Shown here one piece after another: positions 60,420 to 64,000 of a stretch of 64,000 nt of DNA. Numbering within the stretch: position 1 is the first letter of the stretch; each line of letters starts with the position of its first letter. The DNA comes from Candidatus Paceibacter sp. (GTDB taxonomy: Bacteria; Patescibacteriota; Minisyncoccia; UBA9983): NCBI GenBank assembly GCA_013360865.1, contig JABWAS010000004.1, forward strand, positions 412-64,411. Direction: 5' to 3'. The position numbers and the translations under genes are program-made. A model generated the notes under the pieces. That model was not told where the DNA came from and did no database searches. It saw only the letters and a program-made list of their open reading frames with translations.

Positions 60420-60552
60420 AATTAAAGGGATGACAATTTCAAAATTTTATTTTTGAACTGGGATTTTTGAGTTATCCACAGTGGCTGACTGAAAGCGTCA
60501 GGGGTAAAATTACAAGTACTTAATAATTAAACAAAAGCTCCGAAAATAAAAT

Positions 60553-60680
60553 TTTGGAAAATCCTTTAGCCCCAGCCCTGCCTGCCGGCAGGCAGGCTCG
60601 CAGACTCGGCTGGCCGCCCCCGACCCCGCCCGCCACGCAAGCCAGCTTGCTGGCGTTGCGGGCAGGCAGGATTTTCAAAA
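60553..60680. repeat. MITE-like element, longer copy (TIRs TTTTGGAAAATCCT / AGGATTTTCAAAA; core CCCTGCCTGCCGGCAGGCAGG)
   Basis: ~85% identical over shared part to reverse complement of 27724..27810 plus ~45-bp GC-rich insertion; directly upstream of nrdD. Confidence 0.75.
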
Positions 60681-60702
60681 TTTATTTTCTTCGCTTTTAT
60701 GC

Positions 60703-62892
60703 TTGGCAACAATGATTTCAAAAATAATCAAAAGAAACGGAGAGATAGTTGACTTCAAACCGGAGAAAATAAGCAACGCTATCACTAAGGCGGTGCAAGC
60801 CGTCGGCGGTCATGATTTGGAGACCCCGAAGAAGCTTACGGAGATTGTGGTAAAGCAGATAGAAAAAGTATTCGGCGGCAGCGGCAGACTCCCGGACGTG
60901 GAGAGCGTGCAGGATGTTGTTGAAAAGGTGCTTATAGAAGAAGGCCACGCCAAAACCGCCAAAGCCTACATTCTTTACCGCGAAAAAAGAAACGAAAGAC
61001 GCTACGACAAAAGCGTCACGGTCAGCGTGGAAAAAACTATTTCCGAATATCTCAACCGCGAGGACTGGAGAGTTAACGCCAACGCCAACCAGGGTTATTC
61101 TTTGGGCGGAATGATACTCAACACTTCCGGCAAAGTTACAGCCAACTACTGGCTTTCCCATGTTTATCCCGAGGACGTGGCCAATGCCCACAGAAACGCC
61201 GATTATCATATTCACGACCTGGATATGTTCTCCGGTTATTGCGCCGGCTGGTCGCTGCGGGCGCTTCTGGAAGAAGGGCTCAACGGCGTGCCTTCCAAAA
61301 CGGAATCGGCCCCGCCCAAGCATTTGTCCAGCGCCATCAATCAGATGGTTAACTTTTTCGGCACGCTTCAGAACGAGTGGGCCGGCGCGCAGGCGTTTTC
61401 TTCTTTTGACACTTATCTTTCCCCGTTCGTGAAAAAGTTTGAGATGGAACTGGAAGACGAAATAAACAATTCCGGCGTTTACAATTTTCCGTCGGAAGAG
61501 GCGAAGCAGAAATTCATTGACGAAAAGACCTACAAATTTGTCAAACAAAACATCCAATCCTTCGTCTTCAACCTCAATATCCCGTCCAGATGGGGGACGC
61601 AGACTCCTTTTACCAACATTACTTTAGACCTCGTTTGCCCGGAAGACCTGAAAAAGCAGAGTCTGAAGATGGGCGGCAAATACTTCCCTTACGCGTTCGG
61701 CCAGCTCCAGAAAGAAATGGACATGATAAACAAGGCTTACGTGGAAGTGATGACCGCTGGAGACGCCAAGGGCAGAGTCTTCACTTTTCCCATCCCGACT
61801 TACAACATCACTAAAGACTTTGATTGGGACAATCCCAATCATGAGCCCATTTTTGAGATGACGGCCAAATATGGTATGCCTTACTTCCAAAACTTCATCA
61901 ATTCCGATATGAAGCCCAATCAGATTCGTTCCATGTGCTGCCGCCTTCAGTTGGACTTGCGGGAGCTTCTCAAACGGGGTAACGGGCTTTTCGGCAGCGC
62001 CGAAATGACCGGCAGCATTGGAGTGGTGACCATCAATTCCGCCAGAATAGGCTACACCGGCAAAGGCGACAAGCAAAAATTTTTGGAGCGGCTGGAACAT
62101 CTGATGTATCTGGCCAAGACCTCGTTGGAAATAAAAAGAAAAGAAGTGGCCAAGTGGCTGGAGCGCGGATTGTTCCCTTACTCCAAGAGATATTTGCCGG
62201 GGTTGAACAATCATTTTTCCACCATCGGCATTAACGGGCTAAACGAAGCGATATTAAATTTTACCGGCGGCAAGGAAAACATAACCACCGAATGGGGCTC
62301 AAAATTCGCCGAGGAAACGCTGATTTTCATGAGAGAAAAATTGAAGGCTTATCAGGAGGAAACGGGCAATCTTTATAACCTGGAGGCTTCTCCGGCGGAG
62401 GGCGCCACCCATCGCTTCGCCAAGGAGGACCAGCGGATTTTCCCCGGCATAATCCAGGCCGGAACGCCGGAAGCTCCTTACTACACCAACTCCTCCCAGA
62501 TACCGGTGGAGTACACGGACGACGCCTTTGAGGCGCTGGAGCTGCAGGACAAACTGCAGACCAAGTATACCGGAGGCACAGTTCTGCACTTATATATGAA
62601 TGAGAGGATGTGCGACGCCTCAAGTTGCCGGAAGCTGGTTAAAACAGTATTGAGCAAATACCGGCTGCCATATATCACCATCACCCCGACGTTTTCCATC
62701 TGTCCCAAGCATGGATACTTGAAAGGCGAGCATCACTTCTGCCCGGCGTGCGACCAGGAGATAGGTTACGCCGGAAGCAACATTGATGAAAACGAAATTA
62801 AAAAACACAGGTCGAAAAAATTATCAGCCGATTCGCTGGGCGATTTGGCGCGCGGTAGCGCGCCGGCGGTTCTGGAGGAAGAGAAGGCCTAG
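60703..62892 (+). CDS. nrdD: Anaerobic ribonucleoside-triphosphate reductase NrdD (ATP-cone + catalytic barrel + Zn ribbon; glycyl-radical segment not included)
   Basis: 729 aa; ATP-cone N-terminus MISKIIKRNGEIVDFKPEKISNAITKA; C-terminal CPKHGY...HHFCPAC Zn ribbon; ends TAG at 62890. Confidence 0.85.
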   Translation: MATMISKIIKRNGEIVDFKPEKISNAITKAVQAVGGHDLETPKKLTEIVVKQIEKVFGGSGRLPDVESVQDVVEKVLIEEGHAKTAKAYILYREKRNERRYDKSVTVSVEKTISEYLNREDWRVNANANQGYSLGGMILNTSGKVTANYWLSHVYPEDVANAHRNADYHIHDLDMFSGYCAGWSLRALLEEGLNGVPSKTESAPPKHLSSAINQMVNFFGTLQNEWAGAQAFSSFDTYLSPFVKKFEMELEDEINNSGVYNFPSEEAKQKFIDEKTYKFVKQNIQSFVFNLNIPSRWGTQTPFTNITLDLVCPEDLKKQSLKMGGKYFPYAFGQLQKEMDMINKAYVEVMTAGDAKGRVFTFPIPTYNITKDFDWDNPNHEPIFEMTAKYGMPYFQNFINSDMKPNQIRSMCCRLQLDLRELLKRGNGLFGSAEMTGSIGVVTINSARIGYTGKGDKQKFLERLEHLMYLAKTSLEIKRKEVAKWLERGLFPYSKRYLPGLNNHFSTIGINGLNEAILNFTGGKENITTEWGSKFAEETLIFMREKLKAYQEETGNLYNLEASPAEGATHRFAKEDQRIFPGIIQAGTPEAPYYTNSSQIPVEYTDDAFEALELQDKLQTKYTGGTVLHLYMNERMCDASSCRKLVKTVLSKYRLPYITITPTFSICPKHGYLKGEHHFCPACDQEIGYAGSNIDENEIKKHRSKKLSADSLGDLARGSAPAVLEEEKA

Positions 62893-62958
62893 CGGATTTA
62901 CCCCCACATATGTTTTGGCATGGCAAAAAGCGAGCCGAAGATTTTGCAAAGGTGAACA

Positions 62959-63165
62959 ATGCCAAAACAGGTGTGGGGGTTTAAAACAATGACAAACAAC
63001 GAAATCCAGCAGAAAAGAACAAGGTGCGAAGTTTGGACGAGAGTGATGGGCTACCACAGGCCAGTCTCCCACTTCAACCTTGGCAAGAAATCGGAACACT
63101 ATTCCCGCACGCACTTCAAGGAAGGAAAGACGATGAATTCTTCTTTCTGCAAGAAATACAGCTAA
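62959..63165 (+). CDS. NrdD C-terminal glycyl-radical domain encoded as separate 68-aa ORF (same frame as nrdD)
   Basis: TRVMGYHRPVSHFNLGKKSEHYSRTHF aligns to E. coli NrdD RRVCGYLGSPDARPFNAGKQEEVKRRVKH (glycyl radical RxxGY); separated from nrdD body by TAG, 57 nt, TGA; ATG lies in right arm of 21-bp inverted repeat. Confidence 0.6.
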   Translation: MPKQVWGFKTMTNNEIQQKRTRCEVWTRVMGYHRPVSHFNLGKKSEHYSRTHFKEGKTMNSSFCKKYS

Positions 63166-63330
63166 TTTTTTAAATATTATTAAAAAATTAGAAATTCCAA
63201 AATCCAGGCGCCAAATTCCAAATAATATCTAAATTCAAAATATCAATTTCTAAACATTTGTTAATTTTGGGTTAAGGTCATTGAAATTTGTTTGGAATTT
63301 GGGTTTTGGGATTTGGAATTTTTTATTCTT

Positions 63331-64000
63331 ATGTTAATCGCTGGTGTTGAAAAACTGACCACGCTTGATTACCCGGGCCGCCTGGCGGCCATTGTTTTTA
63401 CCGCCGGATGCAACTTCCGCTGCGGTTATTGCCATAATCCGCAAATGGTGGATCCGGAAAGGATGAAAGAAACCGTAAAAGACCTCATACCGGAAGAGGT
63501 GTTTTTCAATTTTCTTACCAAAAGAAAGGGAATGCTGGACGGCGTGTGTATTACTGGAGGCGAACCGACTTTGCAGCCGGATTTGCTTGAGTTCGTTCTG
63601 AAGATAAAAAGTCTCGGTTTTAAAGTAAAAATAGACACCAATGGGACGATGCCCGGCGTTCTGGAGTCGCTTCTGGAAAATAAAGCCGTTGATTATTTCG
63701 CCATGGACATAAAAACCAGTCTAAAACGCTACGAGGAAGTCGCCCGATTTAAGTTAGTGAAGGAAGAAATAAACAGGTCAAAAGAAATTATCCAGAATTG
63801 CGGCCTGGAATACGAGTTCAGGACCACTGTTTTAAAAGAAATCCACCCTTTTGAAGTTTTTGACGAAATAGGGGAATGGATAAAAGGCGCGGAAAAATAT
63901 TATTTACAAAATTTTCGTTCTAAATCGGTGCTGGAAAAATATTTTGAAAATTACAACGGATTTTCTGAAAATGAATTGGCTGAAGTCCGATCAGTAATGG
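63331..64000 (+). CDS. nrdG: Anaerobic RNR activating radical-SAM protein NrdG (partial, runs off window)
   Basis: CNFRCGYCHNP (CxxxCxxC) radical-SAM motif near N-terminus; no stop before window end. Confidence 0.8.
   Translation, partial: MLIAGVEKLTTLDYPGRLAAIVFTAGCNFRCGYCHNPQMVDPERMKETVKDLIPEEVFFNFLTKRKGMLDGVCITGGEPTLQPDLLEFVLKIKSLGFKVKIDTNGTMPGVLESLLENKAVDYFAMDIKTSLKRYEEVARFKLVKEEINRSKEIIQNCGLEYEFRTTVLKEIHPFEVFDEIGEWIKGAEKYYLQNFRSKSVLEKYFENYNGFSENELAEVRSVM

Noticed and set aside
62893-62958. Group I/II intron or intein between nrdD body and glycyl-radical ORF (as in phage T4 nrdD)
   Set aside because: The spacer is only 66 nt and consists of a simple hairpin. That is far too small for a self-splicing intron or an intein.

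Overview
The window is a gene-dense bacterial chromosomal segment with bimodal GC content. Housekeeping genes run at about 45-55% GC and interspersed accessory genes at about 30-35% GC. Gene content suggests a small-genome, probably anaerobic bacterium, possibly Patescibacteria/CPR-like. That assignment is an inference from an anaerobic class III RNR (nrdDG), a long type IV pilus cluster with large glycine-rich pilin-like proteins, a DUF4382 secreted protein and a short S1 protein.

Recognisable core genes include NUDIX, msrB/msrA, zwf, ftsA/ftsZ, ybeY, rpsU, hisS, lepB, a dTTP cluster (dut/tmk/dcd/thyA-like), pth, rpsA, comF, ligA, capA-like, gatCA and nrdD/nrdG. There is a type IV pilus cluster (pilM-N-O-B-response regulator-T-C, pilins, pilD), ten tRNA genes and a hicBA toxin-antitoxin pair.

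The accessory and unusual content is as follows:
- A ~4.6 kb restriction-modification-like cassette sits between near-perfect 96-bp inverted repeats with no recombinase inside. It carries an XRE/C-protein-like HTH, a PD-(D/E)xK nuclease candidate, an HsdM-like methyltransferase with a fused HsdS-type specificity domain, and an unknown 358-aa protein.
- An AT-rich stand-alone SF2 DEAH helicase carries a C-terminal dsRBD-like domain.
- An AT-rich minus-strand cluster holds a NYN RNase, an HNH nuclease and a truncated C5-methyltransferase remnant.
- An IS200-like element lies between two inverted pilin paralogues.
- A RAYT-like Y1 transposase has a REP palindrome family, with copies also inside its own CDS and in frame inside gatA.
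- Several MITE-like or terminator-like palindromic repeat families are dispersed through the window.
- Transposase fragments (IS30-like and IS3-like) sit next to a tRNA cluster, and a 22-bp direct repeat duplicates the tRNA-Glu 3' end.
- msrB carries an in-frame TGA at its conserved Trp codon, although TGA is otherwise used as a stop.
- nrdD has its glycyl-radical domain on a separate ORF in the same frame, after two stops and a 21-bp inverted repeat.
- A YhbQ-like GIY-YIG domain is fused in frame to the leader position of a glycine-rich pilin-like protein.

All calls are from reading the sequence and ORF translations; no database searches were run.
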